NCBI GenBank assembly: GCA_001771185.1
Contig: METB01000001.1
Coordinates: 631,200 to 695,199 of the forward strand
Source: a candidate division Kazan bacterium RIFCSPHIGHO2_01_FULL_44_14
GTDB lineage: Bacteria; Patescibacteriota; Kazan-3B-28
Direction of reading: 5' to 3'
Length of the DNA: 64,000 bases
Part shown: piece by piece, positions 49,468 to 57,960 of the stretch
Position numbering within the stretch: position 1 is the stretch's first letter
Layout: the number at the start of each line of letters is the position of its first letter
Made by a program: the position numbers and the translations under genes
The notes under the pieces: model-generated
What the model was told of the DNA's origin: nothing
Databases searched by the model: none
Seen by the model: the letters and a program-made list of their open reading frames with translations, nothing else

Positions 49468-49571
49468 CAAGGTGTAAGGTGGGCCTGTAATTTTCAGGGA
49501 TATCAACCATCAGCACCTTGAAGACTAGTTCTGCAAAACTGGCCAGCAAGGCGAACCAGAAGGAGACTAGG

Positions 49572-50624
49572 ATGAACATCCTGGCCGCTATTAGTGTCGT
49601 ATTGAAATTTCTCGAAGCTTTGATTGTTGCTAATCAAGACAAAGATGGTCATTTCTCCCGGGTGAGTGAGTTGCTTACACAGCTCAAGTCGCTCGGCGAA
49701 GAGCCCCTCTCTCGTCTGATGCAGCGGATTAATGTTGTTGGCTTGGTGCTGAGCCGGGTCAGCATCCCCAGTTACGAAGAGTTTCAGGGGTTCGTGGACA
49801 CACAGGTTCTTTCCTGGCTACCGAAGCCGTCCCGTACACCAACCCGACTCAAGGGCAATTGGCAGAACGAACGACTGAAGGTGCAGAAGAAAGCCTGGGC
49901 CGTAATCGGGGTCGAGCTTCCGCAGGATCTTTGTGATGAGTTCGTTGCAATCCTAAACAAGTGTGGCGCCGAATTGGTAGCGACCCTCGAGGCGTATGGC
50001 TTCATGTTTGTTATCACGCCGGATATCACTTGGACCGTCAACACTTGGCCTGCCAAGTGGGTTAAGCTCAACAACTGGTTCTGGCAGATTCTGGGTAGCG
50101 GACGTCTCCTCAAAGAGGATGACACCGTAATCCAGCACTGCAAGCTCCAACGCCAGGTCCTGCTAATCGATACACGCAAGAAGCCTGTCTATGCTGACGG
50201 TCGTCAGTGTTGGGACAAGGATGTGTTCATGGAGGCTCTAATCGGGTGGCTTCAAGACCAAAAGAAACTGCCTATCGACAGCACCTGCGGTCGTGGTAGT
50301 CGCTTCCGCTTAAGCCGCAACGACTATACAAAGGTTGTGGCTCCAGCTTTATTAGAGGCGCTTCAACAGCTCGGTTGTCCGGCTCAAGCCGTTCGGTTGG
50401 AATACTGTCCGGAGCATTCTGCTTTCTGCCAGCTGTTTGATGCCCCCCGCAAGGATAGTGGAAAGACAACCACTTGGCTGTGGTTCCAAGAGCGACTGGA
50501 CTCGTCCGGGCACTCGCTGCATAGCGGGGTCTCCGGCAGCGGTGGTCTGGCGTTCGTCAGTTTCAACAATTCCGACTACCGCTGGAACAACGTATCTGCT
50601 TCGCTCGTGGCAGTTATGGTCTAG
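49572..50624 (+). CDS. DGR variable (target) protein; the C-terminal ~41 codons are the variable repeat
   Basis: The SD aaggag lies 8 nt before the ATG. The 3' 123 nt (50493-50615) match the downstream TR except at TR adenines. The C-terminus is ...WLWFQERLDSSGHSLHSGVSGSGGLAFVSFNNSDYRWNNVSASLVAV. The TTG at 49518 is an alternative start. Confidence 0.7.
   Translation: MNILAAISVVLKFLEALIVANQDKDGHFSRVSELLTQLKSLGEEPLSRLMQRINVVGLVLSRVSIPSYEEFQGFVDTQVLSWLPKPSRTPTRLKGNWQNERLKVQKKAWAVIGVELPQDLCDEFVAILNKCGAELVATLEAYGFMFVITPDITWTVNTWPAKWVKLNNWFWQILGSGRLLKEDDTVIQHCKLQRQVLLIDTRKKPVYADGRQCWDKDVFMEALIGWLQDQKKLPIDSTCGRGSRFRLSRNDYTKVVAPALLEALQQLGCPAQAVRLEYCPEHSAFCQLFDAPRKDSGKTTTWLWFQERLDSSGHSLHSGVSGSGGLAFVSFNNSDYRWNNVSASLVAVMV
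50493..50615 (+). repeat. DGR variable repeat (VR)
   Basis: Of 123 nt, 112 are identical to TR. All 11 mismatches sit at positions where TR has A (VR has C, T or G). Confidence 0.85.
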
Positions 50625-50668
50625 GCCATTTTGGGCGTTTGGATTTTTTGGAATTTGGTATCATCCCC

Positions 50669-50698
50669 GAGCGGGGTTGCTTGCAACCCCGCTCTTTT
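50669..50698 (+). terminator. GC-rich hairpin directly downstream of VR (gagcggggtt-gcttgc-aaccccgctc + TTTT); a DGR target-recognition hairpin and/or terminator
   Basis: A 10-bp perfect stem lies 54 nt after the end of VR, with a T-tract. Confidence 0.7.
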
Positions 50699-50922
50699 CA
50701 TATACTGATGTAGATGCGGCAGTGAATAGATACTTTGGTATCTATCGTCGCTCTCCCTTTTGGGACCAGCCAGAGTTTATAAACTCAAGTAGTTTATAAA
50801 GAGTGCTAAACCTAAAAGAGAAACTGCGTATCTGCTACTCAGTCTCATGAAGTGAGGCGCATAAAATACAGGCAGAACATCTTGTTTGTTTGCCAGTGCT
50901 AAAGGATGGTGGCAGATACTAA

Positions 50923-51045
50923 CGACTGGACTCGTCCGGGCACTCGCTGAATAGCGGGGACTCCGACAACGGTGGTCTGGCGAACGTCAATTACAACAAT
51001 TCCGACAACCGCTGGAACAACGAATCTGCTTCGCTCGTGGAAGTT
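50923..51045 (+). repeat. DGR template repeat (TR)
   Basis: It is the non-coding cognate of VR, has the same length, and is adenine-rich at the mismatch positions. Confidence 0.85.
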
Positions 51046-51065
51046 TCTCGCATTAGGTAGGTAAA

Positions 51066-51089
51066 GGGGGCGGGGGTCACCTCGCCCCC
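51066..51089. terminator. Hairpin gggggcg-ggggtcacct-cgccccc overlapping the avd stop codon
   Basis: A 7-bp GC stem lies between TR and the convergent avd gene. Confidence 0.5.
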
Positions 51090-51382
51090 TTAGTCGTAGT
51101 TTTAATCCAACCTCCCAGCATTTTTCCTATTTCTTGTAGCTTAGTTTGGAGGGTTAGATAATACTTTTCGTTAAGTGCCTGCACCTCATAACCCAAGCGG
51201 ATTTGTAGCTTCACTAAATCCAGCAAGGCACTCGCTCTAAATAGTATCTCCACCCTGGAGCGTTCAGGAGTGGAGGAGGCCGTCAGGACACATTCCACTA
51301 ACTCCAATATCTTCGCTTGGGTCATCTGGCCCAGACTGTATCGCTCAATTTTGGGATATTTCAAAAGATGTCCATGAAACAA
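51077..51382 (-). CDS. avd: DGR accessory variability determinant (Avd-like four-helix-bundle protein)
   Basis: It is ~100 aa and basic, with a C-terminus ...EIGKMLGGWIKTTTKGAR that resembles Bordetella phage bAvd ...EVGRILGSWIARVNRKGQ. It lies between TR and the RT but on the opposite strand. Confidence 0.65.
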   Translation of the reverse strand: MFHGHLLKYPKIERYSLGQMTQAKILELVECVLTASSTPERSRVEILFRASALLDLVKLQIRLGYEVQALNEKYYLTLQTKLQEIGKMLGGWIKTTTKGAR

Positions 51383-51503
51383 TTTGTAAAACTCGAAGAG
51401 CTGATAAACGATTGGGATTTCACCAAATCCGTCCGGGGGGGGGCTTAATAGGAAGGTTATTTTCCATACTGGTGTTTTTGAAGAAATTATTTCGTTAGAG
51501 AAT

Positions 51504-52616
51504 TTGTTTTTGGCTTGGAGGGAGTTTCGGAAAGGTAAACGAGGTAAGTTAGATGTCCAAGCGTTCGAGCTTCATCTTGAAGATAACATATTTGCTCTTT
51601 ACGAGGAGTTAGCGGGTGGAGATTATTGCCACGGTGGCTATCATCAGTTTCGCATCTCCGACCCGAAATCTCGCTTGATTAGTAAGGCGTTGGTTCGGGA
51701 TAGGTTGCTCCACCACGCTATCTGCCGAATCTTGTATCCGGTTTTTGATCGAACCTTTATCTTTGATAGCTACTCTTGTCGAAAGAATAAAGGGACGCAT
51801 AAAGGATTCTTTCGGTTAGCCGAGATGGCTCGAAAAGTCAGTAGAAACTATACTGGTCCGTGCTGGGCGTTGAAGTTGGATATTCGGAAGTTTTTCGACA
51901 GTGTCGATCATAGTGTGTTGATGGGGCTGTTAAGAGGGCGCATTGCCGACGAGCGACTGCTGGGGTTATTGGGGAATATTATTGGTAGCTTCCCTATGCG
52001 TCATTCTGAACGCAGTGAAGAATCTAGCGGTAGCGTTCTGCTGTACAGCAGAACTAGATCCTTCGCTAACGCTCAGGATGACAGGAGGAGAGTTCAGGAT
52101 GACGAGAGGAGAGTTAAGGATGACAAAGGAGCGGGCGGGGATGACGAAGGTGGCAAGGGGATGCCATTGGGGAATCTGACCTCACAATTATTTGCCAATA
52201 TCTATCTGGATCCATTAGATAAGTTTGCGAAACATCACTTAAGAGCTAAATATTATCTTCGCTATGCCGATGACTTTATTTTCTTGGCCGATAACCCAGA
52301 CGAACTAATGGGCTATTTTGTGGAGGTAAATCAGTTTTTGAAAATCAAGCTAAAGCTTAATCTTCATCCAAATAAAATCTCTCTCCGAAAATTGGACTGG
52401 GGAATTGACTATGTTGGGTATGTGGCATTGCCACATTACGCTGTTCCCAGAAGCAAAACGGTTACCCGGATTGTTAAAAAGATTCGTCGACTTGTAGTGA
52501 TAGGTGACGAAGCAACTTTGACTAAAGCAATGCCGTCATATTTAGGGTATCTTGAGCATACTAGTAGCTACCGAGTGAGGCGACGGTTAGAGGGAGTAGT
52601 CGAGAGGATACCATAA
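51504..52616 (+). CDS. DGR reverse transcriptase
   Basis: It has RT motifs ...LKLDIRKFFDSVDH..., the DGR-specific PLGNLTSQLFANIYL (LGxxxSQ in place of the group II QGxxxSP), and YADDFIFLAD. The conserved N-terminal motif FEEIISLENLFLAWREFRKGKR begins upstream at ~51477, where no ATG/GTG/TTG is in frame. An in-frame A-family repeat insertion lies at 52016-52150. Confidence 0.85.
   Translation: MFLAWREFRKGKRGKLDVQAFELHLEDNIFALYEELAGGDYCHGGYHQFRISDPKSRLISKALVRDRLLHHAICRILYPVFDRTFIFDSYSCRKNKGTHKGFFRLAEMARKVSRNYTGPCWALKLDIRKFFDSVDHSVLMGLLRGRIADERLLGLLGNIIGSFPMRHSERSEESSGSVLLYSRTRSFANAQDDRRRVQDDERRVKDDKGAGGDDEGGKGMPLGNLTSQLFANIYLDPLDKFAKHHLRAKYYLRYADDFIFLADNPDELMGYFVEVNQFLKIKLKLNLHPNKISLRKLDWGIDYVGYVALPHYAVPRSKTVTRIVKKIRRLVVIGDEATLTKAMPSYLGYLEHTSSYRVRRRLEGVVERIP
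52016..52150. repeat. A-family mini-element inserted in-frame in the DGR RT (encodes RHSERSEESSGSVLLYSRTRSFANAQDDRRRVQDDERRVKDDKGAGGDDEGG)
   Basis: gtcattctgaacgcagtgaagaatctag ... tcaggatgacagg, then a 4x tandem aggatgac tail. Its 5' part is near-identical to 13329-13360. Confidence 0.75.
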
Positions 52617-52620
52617 TACC

Positions 52621-52723
52621 AAATTTCTAATTTCGAATTTCTAATCAAATCTAAATGACTGAATGTCTCAAAATTAAGATATTAGGTCATTCATTTAAAA
52701 TTCAAAATTTGTCATTCAAAATT
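52621..52723. repeat. C-family hairpin element, copy 5 (after the RT)
   Basis: aaatttctaatttcgaatttctaatcaaatctaaatgactgaatgtctcaaaattaagatattaggtcattc... Confidence 0.7.
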
Positions 52724-52848
52724 ACTTGCCAGGATACCATCACTTTTAACTTTTAACTGACTCCACGATTTCCCTTGCCTGGGAGCGGGTTTTATGGTAT
52801 GACAGGGGTATCTTGCAGTATGTTCTTTAACAGGGAGGTTTTAAAACG

Positions 52849-53037
52849 ATGGACAAGCAATGCATTGCTACTGGGTGTCAAAATCCGGCTAACAACCGGT
52901 GTATCGTCTGTTGTCAGCCGATATGCGACAGTCACATTGTTTTGATTGATGATATTCCGGTTTGTGGGAAGTGTCGTGCCGATCTTTCTGCACCGAGACC
53001 GGCAAGACCAGTGCAAACAGAAACGGCGGCCGTTTAG
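52849..53037 (+). CDS. Small Cys-rich (zinc-ribbon-like) protein
   Basis: The SD gggagg is upstream. It has the pattern CxxC...CxxCC...CxxxC...CxxC. Confidence 0.4.
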   Translation: MDKQCIATGCQNPANNRCIVCCQPICDSHIVLIDDIPVCGKCRADLSAPRPARPVQTETAAV

Positions 53038-53080
53038 TCGTCATTGTAAATATTTCAGGCCACATTGGGAGGTGGTGGAG

Positions 53081-53671
53081 ATGAAGCGGGTTGGGTTTGT
53101 AATAGTAGTGGGGCTGGTCCTGCTGCTAGGGCTATCTTTGCGGAGCGAGACCGAAACGGGTAGTAAAGACCTTGAGGGGATTTTCCGATATCGCTTCGGG
53201 ATGTCAGTTTCGGAATGTCAATTGATTGCCAAAGGAGCGCTGGAGCGTCAGGATAATTCGGATATTCCCGGATTGGTGGAGTATTCGACTGACCATGGGC
53301 TCTTGAGCAATCGAGACGGCAGTATTAGTAATCTGCCAGCCGGATTATGCCTTTCATTTTACAACGGCAGATTAGCAGGAATCATCGTCGAGTTGCCGCA
53401 ACAGGAAGATGCCCAGGTTGCGACAATGCTAGTAACCGCGCTTCGGGACGATGTGCTAAAATATTACGACAAATTAATCGTGATGCGAAACAAGTTCCGT
53501 CCTGATGAAAGTTTATTAGTGCTCACTCTCAAAGATGCAGAAGGTGATGGTCTGCTTCTGATGTGGGACGGAATGGACATTCTGCTCTGTTTAATGACGG
53601 GTGAGTTATTGCAACTTAATCCCGAGTGGACTAGGACCTTTTTGACTGAAAATGATTGCCCTGCTTTTTAG
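53081..53671 (+). CDS. Secreted hypothetical protein
   Basis: The SD gggaggtgg is strong. It has an N-terminal signal/TM. Confidence 0.45.
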   Translation: MKRVGFVIVVGLVLLLGLSLRSETETGSKDLEGIFRYRFGMSVSECQLIAKGALERQDNSDIPGLVEYSTDHGLLSNRDGSISNLPAGLCLSFYNGRLAGIIVELPQQEDAQVATMLVTALRDDVLKYYDKLIVMRNKFRPDESLLVLTLKDAEGDGLLLMWDGMDILLCLMTGELLQLNPEWTRTFLTENDCPAF

Positions 53672-53683
53672 CGGGGCAATTTT

Positions 53684-55036
53684 TTAATTTAGTTTAACTA
53701 TCTGACCAGCTTTCGGAACGATGACTTGGCGTTTTAATTGACGGGTAACTTTGCCTTGTAGGGTTTGTCTGGCCAAGTCCTCACCATGGGTCAAAATCAC
53801 AGTCGGATTGGTGTTAAAACCAGACAACCAAGCCAGCAGTCCTTTTTGATCAGCGTGAGCGGAAAAGGCATTCAGCGAGCTGATTTTGGCTCGAACCGAA
53901 ACGCTTTTATCTCGAATTCGAACTCGGGTGGCACCGCTGATCAATTTTCGGCCCAATGTTCCAGGAGTACAGAAACCAACGAATAGGACTTGATTTTCCG
54001 GTCGGCCCAATTGATGAAGCAGATGATGTTGGACTCGGCCACCATCAGCCATGCCGGAACCGGCGATAATTACGGCTTCGCCTGACAAGTCATTAATGGT
54101 TTTTGATTCTTCGACGGTGTTGGTTTGGCTAAAACCGGGAAAATCAAATAAATCCTGGTCGGTCTTTAAATACTGCTGAAAGGTTTCGTCAAATAATTTA
54201 GTGTATTTTTTGTAAATCTTTGTGACTTTAATTGCCAAAGGGCTGTCTAAAATAATTGGAATTTTAGGAATTTGATTGGTATTGCGGAATAAATTGAGTG
54301 TGTAAAGCAAATCCTGACTTCGCTCTAGGGCAAAGGCCGGAATGATTAATTTGGCATGGTGCTGTTTGGCATAACGAATCGCAGCCAGAAGTTTTTTTTC
54401 ACGGTTGGTTGGCGGTTCATGCAAGCGGTCGCCGTAAGTCGATTCACAGATGACATAGTCGGCTTCGGCAATAGGCGTTGGATCTCTCATAATTGGAACT
54501 GGACTGTTGCCTAGATCGCCCGAAAAAACCAATTTTTTGTCTTCTACCCAAATTTCAGTAATCGCCGAACCCAAAATATGCCCAGCATCTTGAAAGCAGA
54601 TTTTGATATTGCCAGAGATGAAGGTTTGGTTATAAGCGTGGGTCTCGAATTGGGATAAGGCCTGATCAACATCAGCTTTGATGAACAGGGTCTCGATTTG
54701 TTTTTCGGTAGCGCCGTGTTCTTGAATATGAGCGGCATCGGTCAGCAGGGCCTCGGCCAATTCGCGAGTGGAGGGAGTGGAATAAATTTTTCCTCGAAAA
54801 CCATTCCGAACCAATTTGGGAATTAGTCCGCAATGGTCGAGATGTGAGTGAGTGGAAATGACAAAATCCAATTCTTTGGGATGGTAGGGAAACGGCTGAT
54901 AATTTTTGCGGTCAGCCGCATCGCCTCCTTGGTATAGTCCGCAATCAACTAAGAATTTTGATTGAGCGGTAGTGACCAAATAACTTGAACCAGTCACCAT
55001 CCCAGTTGCTCCGATAAATTTGATTGAGAGAGCCAT
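53684..55036 (-). CDS. MBL-fold beta-CASP ribonuclease (RNase J / CPSF-like)
   Basis: It has the metallo-beta-lactamase motif HSHLDHCG and a beta-CASP region. Confidence 0.75.
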   Translation of the reverse strand: MALSIKFIGATGMVTGSSYLVTTAQSKFLVDCGLYQGGDAADRKNYQPFPYHPKELDFVISTHSHLDHCGLIPKLVRNGFRGKIYSTPSTRELAEALLTDAAHIQEHGATEKQIETLFIKADVDQALSQFETHAYNQTFISGNIKICFQDAGHILGSAITEIWVEDKKLVFSGDLGNSPVPIMRDPTPIAEADYVICESTYGDRLHEPPTNREKKLLAAIRYAKQHHAKLIIPAFALERSQDLLYTLNLFRNTNQIPKIPIILDSPLAIKVTKIYKKYTKLFDETFQQYLKTDQDLFDFPGFSQTNTVEESKTINDLSGEAVIIAGSGMADGGRVQHHLLHQLGRPENQVLFVGFCTPGTLGRKLISGATRVRIRDKSVSVRAKISSLNAFSAHADQKGLLAWLSGFNTNPTVILTHGEDLARQTLQGKVTRQLKRQVIVPKAGQIVKLN

Positions 55037-55146
55037 AAGTCCAGTATAGCGAAGTTAGGGCAATATTTTCACGGGAAACTCCGAACTCCGTCTAATCAGA
55101 GGTGAGTGTTAGAATGTAAGGTAGATATTAAATAAGGACAAACATT

Positions 55147-55635
55147 ATGAAATATGTTTATGGCATTCTGGGGGTGGCGATTTTAGTGTTAGCGGCGAAT
55201 TGGGCGTATCAGTTCGCTCCTAAACCGGTGGAGGAGCCAATGACCCAGACAGTGTTTGTGTATTACACTATCCCGACTGAGACCGATATGGATTTTGTGG
55301 CAGTCGAGCGCGAGGTGCTGGTTAGCGACGATAGAGATGTTTTGGCGCTGGCGACCCTGCAGGAGTTGGTAAAAGGACCGACTGACTCGGAAAAGGCCCA
55401 GGGCATTGCTTCATCTTTCAATGACGAGACGGTTGTGAACAGCGTAAAATTTGAGGACGGCGTAGTCACGATTGATTTCAACGAAACCTTTGATATGCAG
55501 ATGGGTGGTTCAATGCGGGTGAGGGCGATTTCTCAATCAATCCGTAAAACCGTTCAACAGTTTGATCAAACTACGGAATATACCTTTAAACTGACCGTGA
55601 ATAACGGTGCACGGGAAGCGGTGTTGGAACCCTAG
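55147..55635 (+). CDS. GerMN-domain protein
   Basis: It has an N-terminal TM and a GerMN-like segment (VFVYYT...LQELVKGPTDSEKAQG). Confidence 0.5.
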   Translation: MKYVYGILGVAILVLAANWAYQFAPKPVEEPMTQTVFVYYTIPTETDMDFVAVEREVLVSDDRDVLALATLQELVKGPTDSEKAQGIASSFNDETVVNSVKFEDGVVTIDFNETFDMQMGGSMRVRAISQSIRKTVQQFDQTTEYTFKLTVNNGAREAVLEP

Positions 55636-55669
55636 GATAGTTAAAAGTGGTGACAGATAGCTCTTTGTC

Positions 55670-55743
55670 GTCATTCTGGCGTCACCCCGGCCAGCCGGGA
55701 TTCCCCAGCATGACAGAAATAAAAAACGTTCTCCAGAATGACG
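55670..55743. repeat. A-family mini-element (gtcattctggc ... ccagaatgacg)
   Basis: It carries the family termini. Confidence 0.65.
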
Positions 55744-55749
55744 AATCAT

Positions 55750-56328
55750 TTAAGTCGTCAATAGCGGCAAACGCGAAGCAACTATCGGCCAATCAACAGC
55801 AGCCATAAATGCGGTGATGTAGTCGGCACGATTGGTGTTGTAGTCGAGCATGAAGGCGTGCTCGAAAATATCGAGATTGAGCAAGACCACACAACCGGCT
55901 AGATGTCCTAAGTCATGTTCATTGACGAAAACATTAAATAACCGTTTGGCGATTGGGTCATAATACGAAGTTGCCCAGCCAATACCGCGCATTGCTGCGG
56001 TGACTTTAAAATCGGTTTCCCAATTTTCATACAAACCAAAGTCCTCGACGATTTTTTGATACAAGGGCGAACTGGTGTCTAGCGGACTAAAAGATTTAGT
56101 CATAGCGCCAAAATAATATTCGTGCAAGCGCATGCCATTAAATTCCCAGCCGAATCGACGCTTGAGTTCGCCATATTCTGGTGTGTCCTTAGGTAGGCCG
56201 GACAATTTCCCCATCAGTTTGTTCGTGTTCGCAACATAGCCCTGATACAACTTGAAGTGAGTATTCAGAGCGTTATCGGAAAATCCCGATAGTCCCAGAA
56301 GATGCGAAAAATCTTTTGCTTCGTACAT
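55750..56328 (-). CDS. sodA: Fe/Mn superoxide dismutase
   Basis: The C-terminal domain has the metal-ligand box DIFEHAFMLDY, and the N-terminal helical domain is present. Confidence 0.85.
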   Translation of the reverse strand: MYEAKDFSHLLGLSGFSDNALNTHFKLYQGYVANTNKLMGKLSGLPKDTPEYGELKRRFGWEFNGMRLHEYYFGAMTKSFSPLDTSSPLYQKIVEDFGLYENWETDFKVTAAMRGIGWATSYYDPIAKRLFNVFVNEHDLGHLAGCVVLLNLDIFEHAFMLDYNTNRADYITAFMAAVDWPIVASRLPLLTT

Positions 56329-56400
56329 ATTGATATTCTTATGTTAGTTATTTCATTTTACAAGAGATGGGCTAGTCGTTAAAGGCAGTATAATGAGATT

Positions 56401-57825
56401 ATGGTCAAAAATCGGTTAACCGGCAAACGAGTGGCGGTGATTGGTCTGGGACGCGAGGGGATTGAACTGGTGCGGTTCTTGTATAAACAAGGGGCTCTAA
56501 TTACGGTCTTGGATTGGTCATCGGCTGGTAAATTGGGAGCGCAGTATCGAGAGGCGAAGGCCTTGGGAGCGGAATTTAGATTGGGCAAAAAATATCTGGT
56601 CGGGCTAAACGATTTTGAGATAGTGTTTCGGAGTCCAGGTGTAGCGTTGCAAATCCCGGAAATTAAACGGGCGATTAGAGCCGGAGTGGAAATTTCTAGC
56701 ACAATTAAGTTGTTCCTTGAATTGTCGCCAGCCAAAACGATTGGGGTGACCGGGACTAAGGGCAAGTCAACCACGGCCAGTTTGATTTATCATTTGTTGA
56801 AGGGTGGCCCCTTCCCTCGGCAAACTCGGGACCCTGCTCATCCTCGGAATAGCAAGAAAAAATCGAAAGTGTTTTTGGCGGGTAATATTGGCCATTCGCC
56901 AATTCCATTGCTTAGTAAACTTAAATCGAGCGATACAGTAGTACTGGAACTATCGAGTTTTCAATTAGAGGACTTAACCAAGGGTCCTGATATTGCCGTG
57001 TTGTTAAATGTGGTGCCAGAACACTTGGATCGGCACAAAACCCTGGCTAAATATTTGGCCGCCAAACAGAACCTTTATCTTCATCAAGGTAAACAGGATT
57101 GGTTGGTTACTAGTCGGGATTTCTTGCCGACTCGAGAAGCAATTAAGCAGACACGAGGGAAGGTATTGCCAATCTCGACTCGCCAGATTCTGCGGAAGGG
57201 AGTTTATATCAGTAAAGGTGAACTGGTTTATCGACACTGGCGAACGGGTCGAAGGCAGAATATTTCATCAGTTGCCGATTTGAAATTGGTTGGCAGTCAC
57301 AATTTGCAAAATATCCTGCCAGCCGTCGCTGTGGCACTGATTCTTAATGTTCCGATTTCGACTATCGTAAAAAAACTGCGGAGTTTTAAGCCGTTGAAGC
57401 ATCGGATTGAATTGGTGCGTCAAATTGGCGGGACATTATATATAAATGATTCGTTAGGGACTACGCCAGAAGCGGCCACAGCAGCGATTGGAGCATTTTT
57501 GGAAATGTCCAAGGCCTTGATTATTGGCGGAGTATACAAAGGCGGTAATTTGATCGGTCTGGCTAGGGCGATAGCCACTGGGAATGTCCGAGAGGTAATT
57601 TTGATTGGAAGTTCCGCTAAAAAAATTCAGACCGTATTAAAACAATATGCTCCCAAGGTACTGGTAACATTGGCCAAAACTTTACCGCAGGCAGTGCGTC
57701 AGGGAAGGATAGCGGTGCGGGGTCGGGGAGCGGTGATGTTAACACCGGCTTGCGCCAGTTTTGATATGTTTAAGGATGCTTACGATCGGGGCGAACAATT
57801 CAGGAAAATAGTGAATGCACTCTAG
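56401..57825 (+). CDS. murD: UDP-N-acetylmuramoylalanine--D-glutamate ligase
   Basis: It has the Rossmann N-terminus VIGLGREG and the Mur ligase P-loop GVTGTKGKSTT. An in-frame E-family repeat insertion at 56808-56851 encodes GGPFPRQTRDPAHPRN. Confidence 0.85.
   Translation: MVKNRLTGKRVAVIGLGREGIELVRFLYKQGALITVLDWSSAGKLGAQYREAKALGAEFRLGKKYLVGLNDFEIVFRSPGVALQIPEIKRAIRAGVEISSTIKLFLELSPAKTIGVTGTKGKSTTASLIYHLLKGGPFPRQTRDPAHPRNSKKKSKVFLAGNIGHSPIPLLSKLKSSDTVVLELSSFQLEDLTKGPDIAVLLNVVPEHLDRHKTLAKYLAAKQNLYLHQGKQDWLVTSRDFLPTREAIKQTRGKVLPISTRQILRKGVYISKGELVYRHWRTGRRQNISSVADLKLVGSHNLQNILPAVAVALILNVPISTIVKKLRSFKPLKHRIELVRQIGGTLYINDSLGTTPEAATAAIGAFLEMSKALIIGGVYKGGNLIGLARAIATGNVREVILIGSSAKKIQTVLKQYAPKVLVTLAKTLPQAVRQGRIAVRGRGAVMLTPACASFDMFKDAYDRGEQFRKIVNAL
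56808..56851. repeat. E-family repeat inserted in-frame in murD
   Basis: ccccttccctcggcaaactcgggaccctgctcatcctcggaata, versus the intergenic copy at 30714-30757. Confidence 0.75.
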
Positions 57826-57960
57826 TGCAAAATAACAAATAACAAATAACAAATAACAAACAAGCACCAAATAACAATAATAAAAACAAAAAAGGTTTGA
57901 AACATTGGGATTTGGGATTTGTTTGAAATTTGGAGATTGTAATTTGGGATTTAATTTTTT

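Noticed and set aside
50700-50920. A possible group II intron or retron msr/msd between VR and TR
   Set aside because: The RT has the DGR-specific LGxxxSQ motif and an A-only VR/TR mismatch pattern. No GUGYG...AY boundaries or msd-like inverted repeats were seen.
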